This document shows positions 50,834-63,619 of a stretch of 64,000 nucleotides of DNA, in pieces. The notes below the pieces were generated by a model. The model was not told the DNA's origin. It did not search any database and saw only the letters and a program-made list of their open reading frames with translations. This DNA comes from Heterodontus francisci (taxonomy: Eukaryota): assembly GCF_036365525.1 (NCBI RefSeq), contig NC_090410.1:7267873-7331872 (forward strand), read 5' to 3'. Every line of letters starts with the position of its first letter. The first letter of the stretch is position 1. The position numbers and the translations under genes are program-made.

Positions 50834-53529
50834 AATGCTTGCAAACACTATTAGAGATTCTTTATTTAAAGTGCCTAAAACCCCATGACTGGGTCCAGTA
50901 CTTCAAACTTTGCTCCTGATTCATTTGAGGAACCCACTGATGACATTTCCATTTTAATATTCCCTTTTATTTAAAAAAAAAAATCCAGGCAATGTAACTT
51001 TTTGTTTGGGTTCAGGTGACTGTACGAACAAGGAGTAGGACTGAGTTTTTAATGCCCCTGAATCTCTGGGCCTTGTGTGCTTCCTTTTATTGGTAGATGC
51101 ACACTAGTGTTACCACCATTACAAGCTCCACATAATTTGGTCTGACTTGTTCCTCACTGATCGGAGTTGGACAATGGGGTGCATTTTATCTCAAGTCCGC
51201 ATTTGTGAATAACTCCAATAACCTCTCAGCTGCAGCCCTCATAACCTTGTGGTGTGGCATGATACTCTCACTATGGAATTTAAAAACAGAAAACACTCAA
51301 CAACTGTGGCCAGCACCCACAGTTAACGTAGCAATTGGGACACTTGGTTTATTGTGATTAATTTTTCAGTCGCAGCTGCCTTTATATCAGACTTGCAGCG
51401 TATGTTCCATTTTGTTAAAAACCTGCATCTGATTTTAACCTGCAACCATTTGGATTTAACTAGAGTGAGAGCAGTGCAGAGCTACTATAACACTAGCAAA
51501 CAAGTGTATAAAGTGAGATGTGGCTGGCCTGTGTGCCTGGGTTTATATTATTCGTAGGTTTAGCAAACCTGTGTGTACGCACGCCTGCTGGTTGTAAACA
51601 TTGCAGGTTGGAAAAGCTGCTTCCACTTTCAGCCTCCGCTTGCTCTGTTTGCCAGGTTCTGCTCAGATACCTACCCTCCTCCTGAATGTGCCACAGGGCT
51701 TCGGCAGAAGCTGTAATTTACTGTTGTCTTACGCATGCTCTATGTGTTCATCCTAGAACAGCTGAGCCTTCAATAATCTGAAATTTTAAACACAATTACT
51801 TGTCATCAATACAATTTATTTGTACTGATTTTACAGTCATTTTGTAAATAAATCTTTTAATACAACATTGAGCAGGTTAGTCACTTATTAAAGCAAAATC
51901 ACTTCATTATGTTGAGACCACATACATTTCTGGTCCATACGCTCACTGCTCACACTGATTTCAACTACACTGGCACTCCACACATATCCTTTGCAATTTT
52001 GAGTGAGCAGTGGTTGGAGCGGAGAGGCTACAATACTCTGGGCACAGAATACAGTTATTTGATCTGCAACAAGTAGATTCAACCAAATAACTGAAGTGAT
52101 AGTAGATACTGGGTATTATAATCCTTGGAATCTGATGTTGAATGATAGATTTAACGCTAATTTGAAGTCTCAGTTCAAGTGAATTTGAATAGGAAGACCA
52201 AAACTAGGGGCCATCAATATAAGATAGTCACTAATAAATCCAATAAGGAATTCAGGACAAATATCTTTGGTTAGAGTGGTGAGAATATGGCACTCACTAC
52301 CACAGGAAGTAGTTGAGGTATAGCATAGATGCATTTAAGGGGAAGGTAGATAAGTACGTGGAGAAGAAAAAACTGGCATTTGTGTAGCGCCTTTCACGAC
52401 AAGACCCCTTAAAGCACTTTTAAAGTATACTGACTGTTGTAGGTTTTGTTTAGGGTCTCAAAGCCTCAAACTCCAACAGAAAAAGCACTGCAGCTGTTTG
52501 GCCACTGGTTTTGAAAAGTAACAGACATAGGCTACCCAAACCATAACCAGGGCTGCAATGAGAAAGAACAAACTCTGTACCACTAACACTTCCCTCAAAC
52601 ATCTCAAGACACTCTACCTAGAACAGAGGAATGTATAGTTACTGTTACCTTAACTGTGGCAGGTAATTTGGGCAAAGCAGTGCCAAATGAGCAAATGCAA
52701 AATTAAGAACTTTGCATTCAGGTAGATTATTAAAAGCACAACCAGAGAGATGGGACCTCTAATCAGTTGTGACATCCAGAGAGATTGAGAACTTGGCATT
52801 GTATAGAAGGATCTTTAATCCTTCAAAATGATACCCCAAGGATATATATGTCCACAAACCAACACATTGACAAACACACACACACCCCTGCTCTGTTTTC
52901 TGTGCGGACATTTTCCAATTAATTACATCCTACTGTAGCTTTCCAGCTCCTCACCTTCCTAAGAATTGAATGCAAAGCTAGGGTTGACTAAACAGTTCAC
53001 TAAATTTCAGCAAAAGGTAAAAGGGAAGACAGTCGGCATTTGAGAGACAAATGAAACATTTTGGGTAGAAATCCTACTTTCGAGATTAATTGAAAGTGTA
53101 GAGGGGCCTTTACGCCGCATTTAACTGTGACACTTAAAAAGTGCTCAGTAGGACAGTATGAATGGAGTGAGCTGGGAATGGTTAATGGGACAGTATAGAG
53201 GGGTTTATGCTGCATAAAACATGCTACACCTCAGCAGGGAGCACCTGATGCAAATACTTGCCAGAAACAGAAAATGTTTCATTCTCTAGCACTAAAGCTC
53301 CCTTAACGAGAACAGAATGAATCAGGGAATAGGGTGCACATTTTCCAGCCTCCTGTCCCAGCATATCAGGAGTTAGAAGGGCTGTGTTCCATTGGATCTT
53401 TAGTGCAAATTGCAGAATCATGAAATTCCATACATCATAATGCCACACTCTGTACGACTAATAGAAACACTTCCAGCCATGTTGAAATTTATGAATAAGG
53501 TAAAGACAAGCCCCCAAACTGCAGAAAAA

Positions 53530-53932
53530 GAAACAGACTTGCATTTGTATAGCACATTTTACAACCAATGAAGTATTTTTTAAAGTGTAGTCATTGTTGC
53601 AGTGTAGGAAACCTGGCAGCCGATTATGTGCACAGCAAGATTCCACGAACAGCAATGCGATAATGACCAGATAACCTGTTTTTTTTGCTGGTTGAGGGAT
53701 AAATATTGGCCAGGACACCAGGGAGAAAGAAACTCTCCTGCTCTTCTTCGAAATGATGGACATGGGATCTTTTACATTCACCTGAGGAGCAGACGGTTTA
53801 ACGTCTCATCCAAAAGATGGCACTCCCTCAGTACTGCCAGCCTAAAGTTTTGCGCTCAAGTCTCGAGTGGAATTTAAACCCACAACCTTCTGACTCAGAA
53901 GTCAAAGTGCTACCAACTGAGCCACAGCTGAC
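53530..53932 (-). mobile_element. DeuSINE
   Basis: Family motifs on minus strand. Confidence 0.7.
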
Positions 53933-55661
53933 GTGGCGAAATTTGGGGGGTACAGTGCTTGACCTATTTGCAGTACAAATGCCACTCCACGCCCAGCCTC
54001 TGCAATGTTAATGAAACTGCTACACTGAAATGTACCAATACCTGATTTCAGTTTATTCAGTGTGGGAAAACATCTCCGTTAAGTCAATGTACTTCTTGTA
54101 CAATACTCAAAAGTACATTTATTTACAATGCAAACTGATGAGATCATGTAAATGTAGCTGAAATTGAGCACCCATGACTGTAAAGATAACTTCCCTCCAT
54201 TTCACTGCCAATCTTTGAGTGGTACCAAGCTAAAACTGTAGTTTAAATGCACCCTTAATTCTTCACCCCAGACAGCTCCCGCCAGTTACTCCAGCATCAC
54301 ACAACTTAAAATGCTTGTTGGGATAAAACCACAGATTTGAAAAGGCTTTGGTGTAGCAGTGTGATTGTTACAGCTTAAGTTGACAGAGTAGTACACACTT
54401 TGCTAAAATCCCAACACTGCAAAGGGACGGTGACGGGACACGGGCAGAGGAGGGGGTCCTCAATCCATTTACACACATACTCCACAGCCCACAGAATGGA
54501 AATCAAATCCAGTCATTTACTGCTGGAGTTTATAATTCCAGCAAAAATGAAGAAACACGATTCGCACTTTTCAATAAATTACCACTGGCTCAGTATAAAG
54601 AGGGTCCCACCCAGTTGTATAAAACTAGCGTAAAGAGAAGTCAAATCTTTTAGTCTGAACTGTAATATAAGGAAATCAGAAGATGGGCCACTAGAACTGA
54701 AAAGTCCTTCCCCTTTCTGAGGTGGTGGGAGTCGCAGATTGTTAACGTCTGCCGCCATTCCTTTATATAAACTGGAGTCTGGTATCCTTTGCAATTTTGC
54801 CTGTTGTCACTGGACATGTTTAGTGCACGGGTATCAAGATTTCAGGAAAGAAACATCACAATACATTTTAATGGCGCGAGATGTGTGTCTCTTTGTTGGT
54901 CCGTCTATTCTCAGTTGAAGTTGCTCCTGCTCCAAGTGTACAAAGAGCAAAATGTTGGGGGAAGGGATGGAACATAAAGCATACGGTGTGGAAAGTCAGC
55001 ACGCTAAAACATCCTGTTCGACCAAAATCCCCACAGACAACATTGTTTTCCTGACAGCAGGTATTGATGCGAAATTCGCTTTTCTCGAATTAGGCAATTC
55101 GGGGGGGACACACTGGCCTACGACGCAGTTTCCTAAGCGTGGCTTCTGAGAGACTGTGCTTTTCACTCCCTGGATCCATGGGTCCTTCGAGCAGCTGCTT
55201 CCTTGAACACCAACCACCGCACGTCAGGAGCCCTTGAACAGACAGTCTTAACAGGAGGAAGTTTCGACATCGCAGCAGAATTTAAGCTAGCATGATTGAC
55301 AAATGGTTAATGGGTCCAAGGCACGCAAATATGCTGCTCTTCACACTCGTGACTACAGCACAAACGAAAAAGTTTGATACAGGCACAAATGCAGACATGC
55401 ACGTACAAACAGGACAAAGTGTTCTACACCATCAATATGAGAGACTGAATGTTGAAATACAACAGATTTACAGCGGGCAATTTTTCACCCATCAATGCCT
55501 TATCTTTTCTGTCCCCCCATTCCCTGTGCCCCCACACTCTAATTCAACAGGATTCGTTTGGAAGTGTAGCTCTTCAACCTGAGCTGCAGTCTGAAATGGG
55601 ACAATTTTAATCCCCATCGACGGATTTTATCCTCTTCTCTCTCAAAATTCAGTTCGAAGTG

Positions 55662-55987
55662 TTATTTTGAGACCTGCGGCAGCGAGTGAACAAGGCGATT
55701 GTTTTCTCGCACTCGGGCATCGAGTTCTTCGACGGTCAAGGAAAGCTGTGCGACTTGCTGCTCCAAGCTCTGCAGTGTGCTGTTGAGTGCCTCCTCTTTC
55801 TTCAGGCTGTTGGCTGCCTGCCTTATGTATTCGGCCAAGATGCAAGCCCCTCCGATACCAAATACAATCGCCTCGCCCAGGAGTTCCGCACCCAGTTCGG
55901 CCGCAACCTCCTCACTTAAGGGTTGGACTTGAGCACCTTTAAACCCCATAATCCTCATCTTTGCCTTCATTTCAATCCAGTGATAGA
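55662..55987 (-). CDS. OPA3: OPA3 exon 2 (155 aa in total)
   Basis: ttgcag|; [16 protein letters not shown]...[35 protein letters not shown]... to TAA. Confidence 0.95.
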
Positions 55988-56164
55988 CTGCAACAGACAG
56001 AACACCAGGTGAGACAAAAGCTACAATGGGATCAGTCTCTGTCTTGCTGGTTTACAGGAAGATTCTGCCAACTCAATCATAAATCTCCACCTCCCAGGAT
56101 GGTGTTGAGGCCACCAGGCGACAGGTTGCATCCCCAGTCTCGACCATTTTCAGATGGACTCCCG

Positions 56165-57432
56165 TTCACCATTGCCCCCGTTCCATTCACCCTCCCCCCC
56201 GTTCCATTCACCTTCCCCCCCCATTGCCCCCAATTCCATTCACCCTCCCCCCCCATTGCCCCCAATTCCATTCACCCACCCCCCCCATTGCCCCCAATTC
56301 CATTCACCCACCCCCCCCATTGCCCCCAATTCCATTCACCCACCCCCCCCATTGCCCCCAATTCCATTCACCCACCCCCCCCATTGCCCCCAATTCCATT
56401 CACCCTCCCCCCCCATTGCCCCCAATTCCATTCACCCTCCCCCCCCATTGCCCCCAATTCCATTCACCCTCCCCCCCCATTGCCCCCAATTCCATTCACC
56501 CTCCCCCCCCATTGCCCCCAATTCCATTCACCCTCCCCCCCCATTGCCCCCAATTCCATTCACCCTCCCCCCCCATTGCCCCCAATTCCATTCACCCTCC
56601 CCCCCCATTGCCCCCAATTCCATTCACCCTCCCCCCCCATTGCCCCCAATTCCATTCACCCTCCCCCCCCATTGCCCCCAATTCCATTCACCCTCCCCCC
56701 CCATTGCCCCCAATTCCATTCACCCTCCCCCCCCATTGCCCCCAATTCCATTCACCCTCCCCCCCCATTGCCCCCAATTCCATTCACCCTCCCCCCCATT
56801 GCCCCCAATTCCATTCACCCTCCCCCCCATTGCCCCCAATTCCATTCACCCTCCCCCCCATTGCCCCCAATTCCATTCACCCTCCCCCCCATTGCCCCCA
56901 ATTCCATTCACCCTCCCCCCCCATTGCCCCCAATTCCATTCACCCTCCCCCCCCCCATTGCCCCCAATTCCATTCACCCTCCCCCCCCCATTGCCCCCAA
57001 TTCCATTCACCCTCCCCCCCCATTGCCCCCAATTCCATTCACCCTCCCCCCCCCATTGCCCCCAATTCCATTCACCCTCCCCCCCCATTGCCCCCAATTC
57101 CATTCACCCTCCCCCCCCATTGCCCCCAATTCCATTCACCCTCCCCCCCCATTGCCCCCAATTCCATTCACCCTCCCCCCCCATTGCCCCCAATTCCATT
57201 CACCCTCCCCCCCCATTGCCCCCAATTCCATTCACCCTCCCCCCCCATTGCCCCCAATTCCATTCACCCTCCCCCCCCATTGCCCCCAATTCCATTCACC
57301 CTCCCCCCCCATTGCCCCCAATTCCATTTACCCTCCCCCCCCATTGCCCCCAATTCCATTTACCCTCCCCCCCATTGCCCCCAATTCCATTCACCCTCCC
57401 CCCATTGCCAATTCCATTCACCCTCCCCCCCC
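56165..57432. repeat. About 31-bp C-rich minisatellite (CCATTGCCCCCAATTCCATTCACCCTCCCCC)n, about 40 copies, in the OPA3 intron
   Basis: Highly homogeneous tandem units with variable C-run length. Confidence 0.97.
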
Positions 57433-57499
57433 ATATTAATATTTGCCCCTCTTATTTCTTCCTCTCTATTTTCCAATCTCAATGTGACATTTCGACCTC

Positions 57500-57875
57500 T
57501 CAAAATGGAAGCCCCGCCCCAGTTGTTGCCCTCACCTTTTCGGGACCCTGATTGGCCACCCCACAGAGGCCCTCTATTCCCATTGGCCGATGGCGCTATC
57601 ACTCTCCCCGGGCCCCGCCCATCCGCGGCCTCCCCGCTTCAGGCTCCGCGGCTGCTCCCTCACTCACCCTGCGCAGGCGGGAGGCAGATGTAGCGCTTGA
57701 AGAACTGGCTCCTCCGGGCGCTCGCCTTGATGGAGTTAGCGAGCGGACGGCTGACCTGCCGGACTCCGAGCATCAGCAGCTTCACGATGGGGTAGGCGCC
57801 AACCACCATGCTGCCCACTCGACGTCACTTCCGCCCGCAGGGAGCACCGCCCAGCAGTGACGTCAGGAGAAGCCA
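57500..57875 (-). promoter_or_regulatory. OPA3 CpG-island promoter with ETS-CRE composite and full CRE
   Basis: GACGTCACTTCCG 57821-57833 (CGGAAGTGACGTC on minus); TGACGTCA 57858-57865; GC and CCAAT boxes 57510-57620. Confidence 0.7.
57668..57809 (-). CDS. OPA3: OPA3 outer mitochondrial membrane protein, exon 1
   Basis: [47 protein letters not shown]; 142-bp exon; donor |gtgagt. Confidence 0.95.
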
Positions 57876-57877
57876 CA

Positions 57878-58517
57878 CCCACTTAAAGGGCCATCCCCAA
57901 CTCCCATCCACTTAAAGGGCCATCCCCAACTACTGATGCTAGAAACATAGAAAATAGGAGCAGGAGTCGGCCATTCGAGCCTGCTCCACCATTCATTATG
58001 ATCATGGCTGATCATCCAACTCAGTAACTTGTTCCCGCTTTCCCCCTATATCCTTTGATCCCTTCAGACCCAAAGCTCTATCTACATACAGAGCCATCCC
58101 CAACTCCTGCTACTTAAAGGGCCATCCCCAACTCCTGCTACTTAAAGGGCCATCCCCAACTCCTCCCACTTAAAGGGCCATCCCCAACTCCTCCTACTTA
58201 AAGGGCCATCCCCAAATACTTTCTCCCCCTCACTTAAAAAGGCATCCCCAACTCACCCCACTTAAAGGGCTATCCCCAACTCCTCCCACTTAAAGGGCCA
58301 TCCTCAATACCCCCTCCCCACTTAAAGGGCCATCCCTAAATTCTCTCCCCCCACTTAAAGAGGCATCCCCAACACTTCTCACTTAAAGGGCCATCCCCAA
58401 TTCCCCCACTTAAAGGGCCATCCCCAACTTTACCCACTTAAAGTGCCATCATCAAGTCCCCTCATTTAAAGGGCTATCTGCAACTCCCCCTACTTAAAGG
58501 GCCAACCCGAACTCCCT
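57878..58517. repeat. About 28-bp minisatellite (CACTTAAAGGGCCATCCCCAACTCC..)n upstream of OPA3, interrupted by a CR1 tail (57940-58083)
   Basis: About 17 degenerate tandem units. Confidence 0.9.
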
Positions 58518-58649
58518 TAGTGAATCAATTAAGATGATTAATCACAATTTCATTCTTTAAAAGGGGCACCAGCAATGAATTCCAAATGCTAATAACACAT
58601 TTTCAAATTATAACTCTGGTCCCTTTTATCAAAAGCTGACACTCCCAGT

Positions 58650-59055
58650 AAAGAAAGACAGGCTTGTATTTATATAGCACCTTTCACCACCACCAGCCGT
58701 CCCCAAGCGCTTTACAACTAAGGAAATATTTTTGAAGTGCAGTCACAGTTGTAAAGTCGGAAAAACAGCAGCCAATGTGCACACAGCAAATTCCCAAAAG
58801 ACAGCGATGTGTTAAATGACCAGGTGATCTGTTTTTAGCTATGTTGGTTGAGTGATGGTGAATCGGTGGGGACACCGGGGAGAACTGCCTGTACTCTTCT
58901 GTAAAATAGTGCCAGGAGATCTTTTACATCAGCACCCCCAACAGTGTAGCACTCCCACAGTACTGCATCGGGAGTGTTAGCCTAGATTGCATGGGCTCAA
59001 ACTCACAACCTTCTGACTCAGAGGCTAGCATGCTACTCCCTGAGACACAGCTAGT
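58650..59055 (-). mobile_element. DeuSINE
   Basis: Family motifs on minus strand. Confidence 0.65.
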
Positions 59056-59459
59056 AGCAAATAGAGAGGGTAAGAGAGGACCCCAGCAATCAACTACTGA
59101 AATTGTTAGACCATCGGGTAGTTCTAAATGGATCCAGTCCAGGCAGGATGGCTAACATTGTACCAAAGGGCCCAGCTTACGTTATCAATGGTATCTTAAA
59201 GAGCACAGACACTGAGTTACAGAGGTGAGTGGTGACCAATATCGAATTAATTCAATCAGAGAGTTCTGCTGATGTCAGAAACAGGTAACTGAGGTGAGGA
59301 ACTGCGACACAAAGAGACTAAACACTTTTACCAATGTCACTTTACAACGGTCCAGCTCTGTCCTGAGTCAGCGTTTCTCAGTTGCGGTGGCGATTTGTCT
59401 CGGTGCCCCTGGGCTAGGGAGAGCCGGCGCTCCCGGGTGTAATCAAATGACAACAGTGT

Positions 59460-60075
59460 CAACCTGCATTTGTGTAGCGCCTCACAGGAGCATGATCAAA
59501 CAAAACTCGACACATGAGGAGATATTAGGGGGCAGGTGACCAAAACCTTGGTCAAAGAGGTCAGTTTTTAAGGAGAGTCATTAAAGGAGGAGAGAGAGGC
59601 GGAGGGGTTTAGGGAGGGAATTCCAGAGCTTAGGGCCCCAGGCAGCTGAAGGCACGGCCGCCAATGGTGGAGCGATTAAAATCGGGGATGCTCAAAGAGC
59701 CAGTATCAGAGAATGGTTCCGTACGAAAAGAGGCCATTCGTTCCTTAGATTCCCTGCCAGCTCTCTGCAATGAGAATTGGGGGAGTGTGTTTATCTTGGA
59801 GGGTTGTGGGGCTGGAAGGGGTTACAGGGGTAGGGAGGAGGTGAGGCCATGGAGGGATTTGAAAACAAAGATGAGAATTTTAAAATCGAGGGGTTGCTCG
59901 ACCGGGGGCCAGTGAGCGATGGATGGACGGGACTTTGGTGTGAGTTAGAACACGGGTCAGCGGAGTTTCCGACAAGTTCAAGTAGACGGAGAGTGGAAGG
60001 TCGGGAGGCCGTCAGGTGAGCTTGGGACTAGTCGAGTCTGGAGGTAAGAAAGGCACGGATGAGGAATTCAGCAAT
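59460..60075 (-). mobile_element. L2 LINE 3' fragment
   Basis: TIGGRAFSCLGP.LWNSLP-type segment and tail. Confidence 0.7.
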
Positions 60076-60654
60076 CACTGGGAACAGAGGAACACATTGT
60101 GCTGCAGCCCTGGAGCATTACAATGTGTCAGAAAAGCTCAGTGAAGATTTCAAATCACCGAAGCACTGAAATTCCTTAAATGCCAACGCAATCGTCAGAT
60201 GCCGTGTCCACACAATCAAGGAGCAGGCCATTCACCCCCTTAAACCTGTTCTGCCATGCATTTAGAACATGGTTCACCTCTTTCACAAAGGACTGATTCC
60301 TGCAATCCCAGCACGAAATAACCCAGAGATCAACTCGCCGCCCGGCCTAATTGCAACAACGGCCTGCATTCATATAGCGCCGTTAACGTAGTAAGACGTC
60401 CCAAGGCGCTTCACAAGATGCGCTATCAAACAAAATTTGACACTGAGTCACACAAGGAAATACTGGGATAGGTGGACGTAGGTTTTGAGAAGTGTCTTAA
60501 AGGAAGGGAAAGGGGTGGAAAGACGGAGAAGGAATTACAGAGTTACATCACGCTCCGGCGCACTGACTCTCAGCCGGCGGACAGGTTCCACGGGCACTGG
60601 CTGGTCTCCCGCAGCTCAACCAGGTGGAGTGTCGGGACTGTCAGCCAGCTATTT

Positions 60655-62885
60655 TAGGTTAGGTTTACCTTAGCGATGGGCAGGGACAGGTATATACCGC
60701 AGGGCAAGAATTATAGCTGGGGGAAAGGAAATTATGATGCGATTAGGCAAGATTTAGGATGCGTAGGATGGGGAAGGAAACTGCAGGGGATGGGCACAGT
60801 CGAAATGTGGAGCTTATTCAAGGAGCAGCTACTGCGTGTCCTTGATAAGTATGTACCTGTCAGGCAGGGAGGAAGTTGTCGAGCGAGGGAGCCGTGGTTT
60901 ACTAAAGAAGTTGAAGCGCTTGTCAAGAGGAAGAAGAAGGCTTATGTTAGGATGAGACGTGAAGGCTCAGTTAGGGTGCCTGAGAGTTACAAGCTAGCCA
61001 GGAAGGATCTAAAGGGAGAGCTTAGAAGAGCGAGGAGAGGACACGAGAAGTCATTGGCGGATAGGATCAAGGAAAACCCTAAGGCTTTCTATAGGTATAT
61101 CAGGAATAAAAGAATGACTAGAGTTAGATTAGGGCCAATCAAGGATAGTAGTGGGAAGTTGTGTGTGGAATCAGAGGAGATAGGGGAAGCGTTAAATGAA
61201 TATTTTTCGTCAGTATTTACAGTAGAGAAAGAAAATGTTGTCGAGGAGAATACTGAGATACAGACTACTAGGCTCGATGGAATTGAGGTTCACAAGGAGG
61301 AGGTGTTAACAATTTTGGAAAGTGTGAAAATAGATAAATCCCCTGGGCCAGATGGGATTTATCCTAGGATTCTCTGGGAAGTCAGGGAGGAGATTGCAGA
61401 GCCTTTGTCCTTGATCTTTATGTTGTCATTGTCGACAGGAATAGTGCCGGAAGACCGGAGGATAGCAAATATTGTCCCCTTGTTCAAGAAGGGGAGTAGA
61501 GACAGCCCTGGTAATTATAGACCTGTGAGCCTTACTTCGGTTGTGGGTAAAATGTTGGAAAAGGTTATAAGAGATAGGATTTATCATCATCTTGAAAAGA
61601 ATAAGTTCGTTAGCGATAGTCAGCACGGTTTTGTGAAGGGTGAGTAGGTCGTGCCTCACAAACCTTATTGAGTTTTTTGAGAAGGTGACCAAACAGGTGG
61701 ATGAGGGTAAAGCAGTGGATGTGGTGTATATGGATTTCAGTAAGGTGTTTGATAAGGTTCCCCACGGTAGGCTATTGCAGAAAATACGGAAGTATGGGGT
61801 TGAAGGTGATTTAGAGCTTTGGATCAGAAATTGGCTAGCTGAAAGAAGACAGAGGGTGGTGGTTGATGGCAAATGTTCATCCTGGAGTTTAGTTACTAGT
61901 GGTGTACCACAAGGATCTGTTTTGGGGCCACTGCTGTTTGTCATTTTTATAAATGACCTGGATGAGGGTGCAGAAGGGTGGGTTAGTAAATTTGCGGATG
62001 ACACGAAGGTTGGTGGAGTTGTGGATAGTGCCGAAGGATGTTGTAGGTTACAGAGGGACATAGATAGGCTGCAGAGCTGGGCTGAGAGATGGCAAATGGA
62101 GTTTAATGCGGAAAAGTGTGAGGTGATTCACTTTGGAAGGAGTAACAGGAATGCAGAGTACTGGGCTAATGGGACGATTCTTGGTAGTGTAGATGAACAG
62201 AGAGATCTTGGTGTCCAGGTACATAAATCCCTGAAAGTTGCCACCCAGGTTAATAGGGCTGTTAAGAAGGCATATGGTGTGTTAGCTTTTATTAGTAGGG
62301 GGATCGAGTTTCGGAGCCACGAGGTCATGCTGCAGCTGTACAAAATTCTGGTGTGGCCGCACCTGGAGTATTGCGTGCAGTTCTGGTCACCGCATTATAG
62401 GAAGGATGTGGAAGCTTTGGAAAGGGTGCAGAGGAGATTTACTAGGATGTTGCCTGGTATGGAGGGAAGGTCTTACGAGGAAAGGCTGAGGGACTTGAGG
62501 TTGTTTTCGTTAGAGAGAAGGAGGAGGAGAGGTGACTTAATAGAGACATATAAGATAATCAGAGGGTTAGATAGGGTGGATAGTGAGAGTCTTTTCCCTC
62601 GGATGGTGATGGCAAACACGAGGGGACATAGCTTTAAGTTGAGGGGTGATAAATATAGGACAGATGTTAGAGGTAGTTTCTTTACTCAGAGAGTAGTAGG
62701 GGCGTGGAACGCCCTGCCTGCAACAGTGGTAGACTCGCCAACTTTAAGGGCATTTAAGTGGTCATTGGATAGACATATGGATGAAAATGGAATAGAGTAG
62801 GTCAGATGGTTTCACAGGTCGGCGCAACATCGAGGGCCGAAGGCCCTGTACTGCGCTGTAATGTTCTATGTTCTATGTTCTATTT
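60655..62885 (+). mobile_element. Young 5'-truncated CR1/HER1 LINE (2.2 kb)
   Basis: Two long ORFs (323 and 386 aa) separated by one small frameshift at about 61640; YRPVSLTS, QHGFVKG, GVPQGSVLGP, KFADDTK; (ATGTTCT)n tail. Confidence 0.95.
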
Positions 62886-62974
62886 GGCCATGGGAGGCGT
62901 CACAGCCAAACCCAATCCTGTCCTCAGCCACTGTGCGTGATTCATCAAAAACTGGGTTGCCCTGGCTGGTTGTT

Positions 62975-63310
62975 TGCAACATCAGAGGTGCCGTCTTTCA
63001 GATGAGATGCTACATCGAGGACCCGCCTGCCCTCTCGGGTGGGTGGAGGGGGTAAAAGATTCCATGGCCACTATTTTGGAGATGAACAGGGGGTGTTGTT
63101 CGCCCCAGATCCTGCCCGATATTTATCCCTCAACCAACATCGTTAAAAACAGTTTATCCGGTCATTATCACATTGCTGTTTGTGGCATCTTGCTGTGTAC
63201 AAACTGGTTTCCTACATTACAACGATAGCCCCACCTCATAAAATTGGCTGCGAGGTCCTTTGGAGCGTCCTGAGTTTGTGAAAGGTGCTATATAAATGAA
63301 AGTCTTTGCA
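62975..63310 (+). mobile_element. DeuSINE
   Basis: Body and tail motifs. Confidence 0.7.
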
Positions 63311-63619
63311 TCCCAGTTCTCTTGGGATTGCAGCCTTCCCTCCAGATGTGAGTGTTTGTGTTTGTACCGGAAAACAGCCCAGGGTGATTTTTCAGGCCAT
63401 TTGCTGGGCATCTCAAGCCGTGCCAGGGTGTGTTGGTTTGTGGTTAGTATCTCTGTCTCTCTCGCTCGGTCTTTCTCTTTCTCCCTCCACAATGATACAA
63501 CACTCAGTTCTCTCGGATGTTGCTTGACCTGTCAGCTCCCATTGTGTATCTCCACTCTCAGCTCAGGCAGAAGAAAAATGTCCTAATCAAATGATTGTAT
63601 CTAAACTTGAGGGGATTAA

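Noticed and set aside
48100-55600. Second OPA3 exon 2 (mammalian exon 2b equivalent)
   Set aside because: No YHW.E...MG-like duplicate exon was seen on the minus strand
55961-57693. Long proline-rich ORFs (465-492 aa) in all three plus frames
   Set aside because: Translation of a stop-free 31-bp minisatellite antisense to the OPA3 intron; not a gene
56165-58517. CRISPR-like repeat arrays
   Set aside because: Head-to-tail tandem repeats without unique spacers, in vertebrate DNA with no cas genes
60650-60668. TTAGGTTAGG at the CR1 5' junction as a second telomeric filler
   Set aside because: The second TTAGG appears to be CR1 coding sequence (VRFTLAM). Only about 4 extra bases remain, there is no full TTAGGG, and it is on the opposite strand relative to the cDNA.
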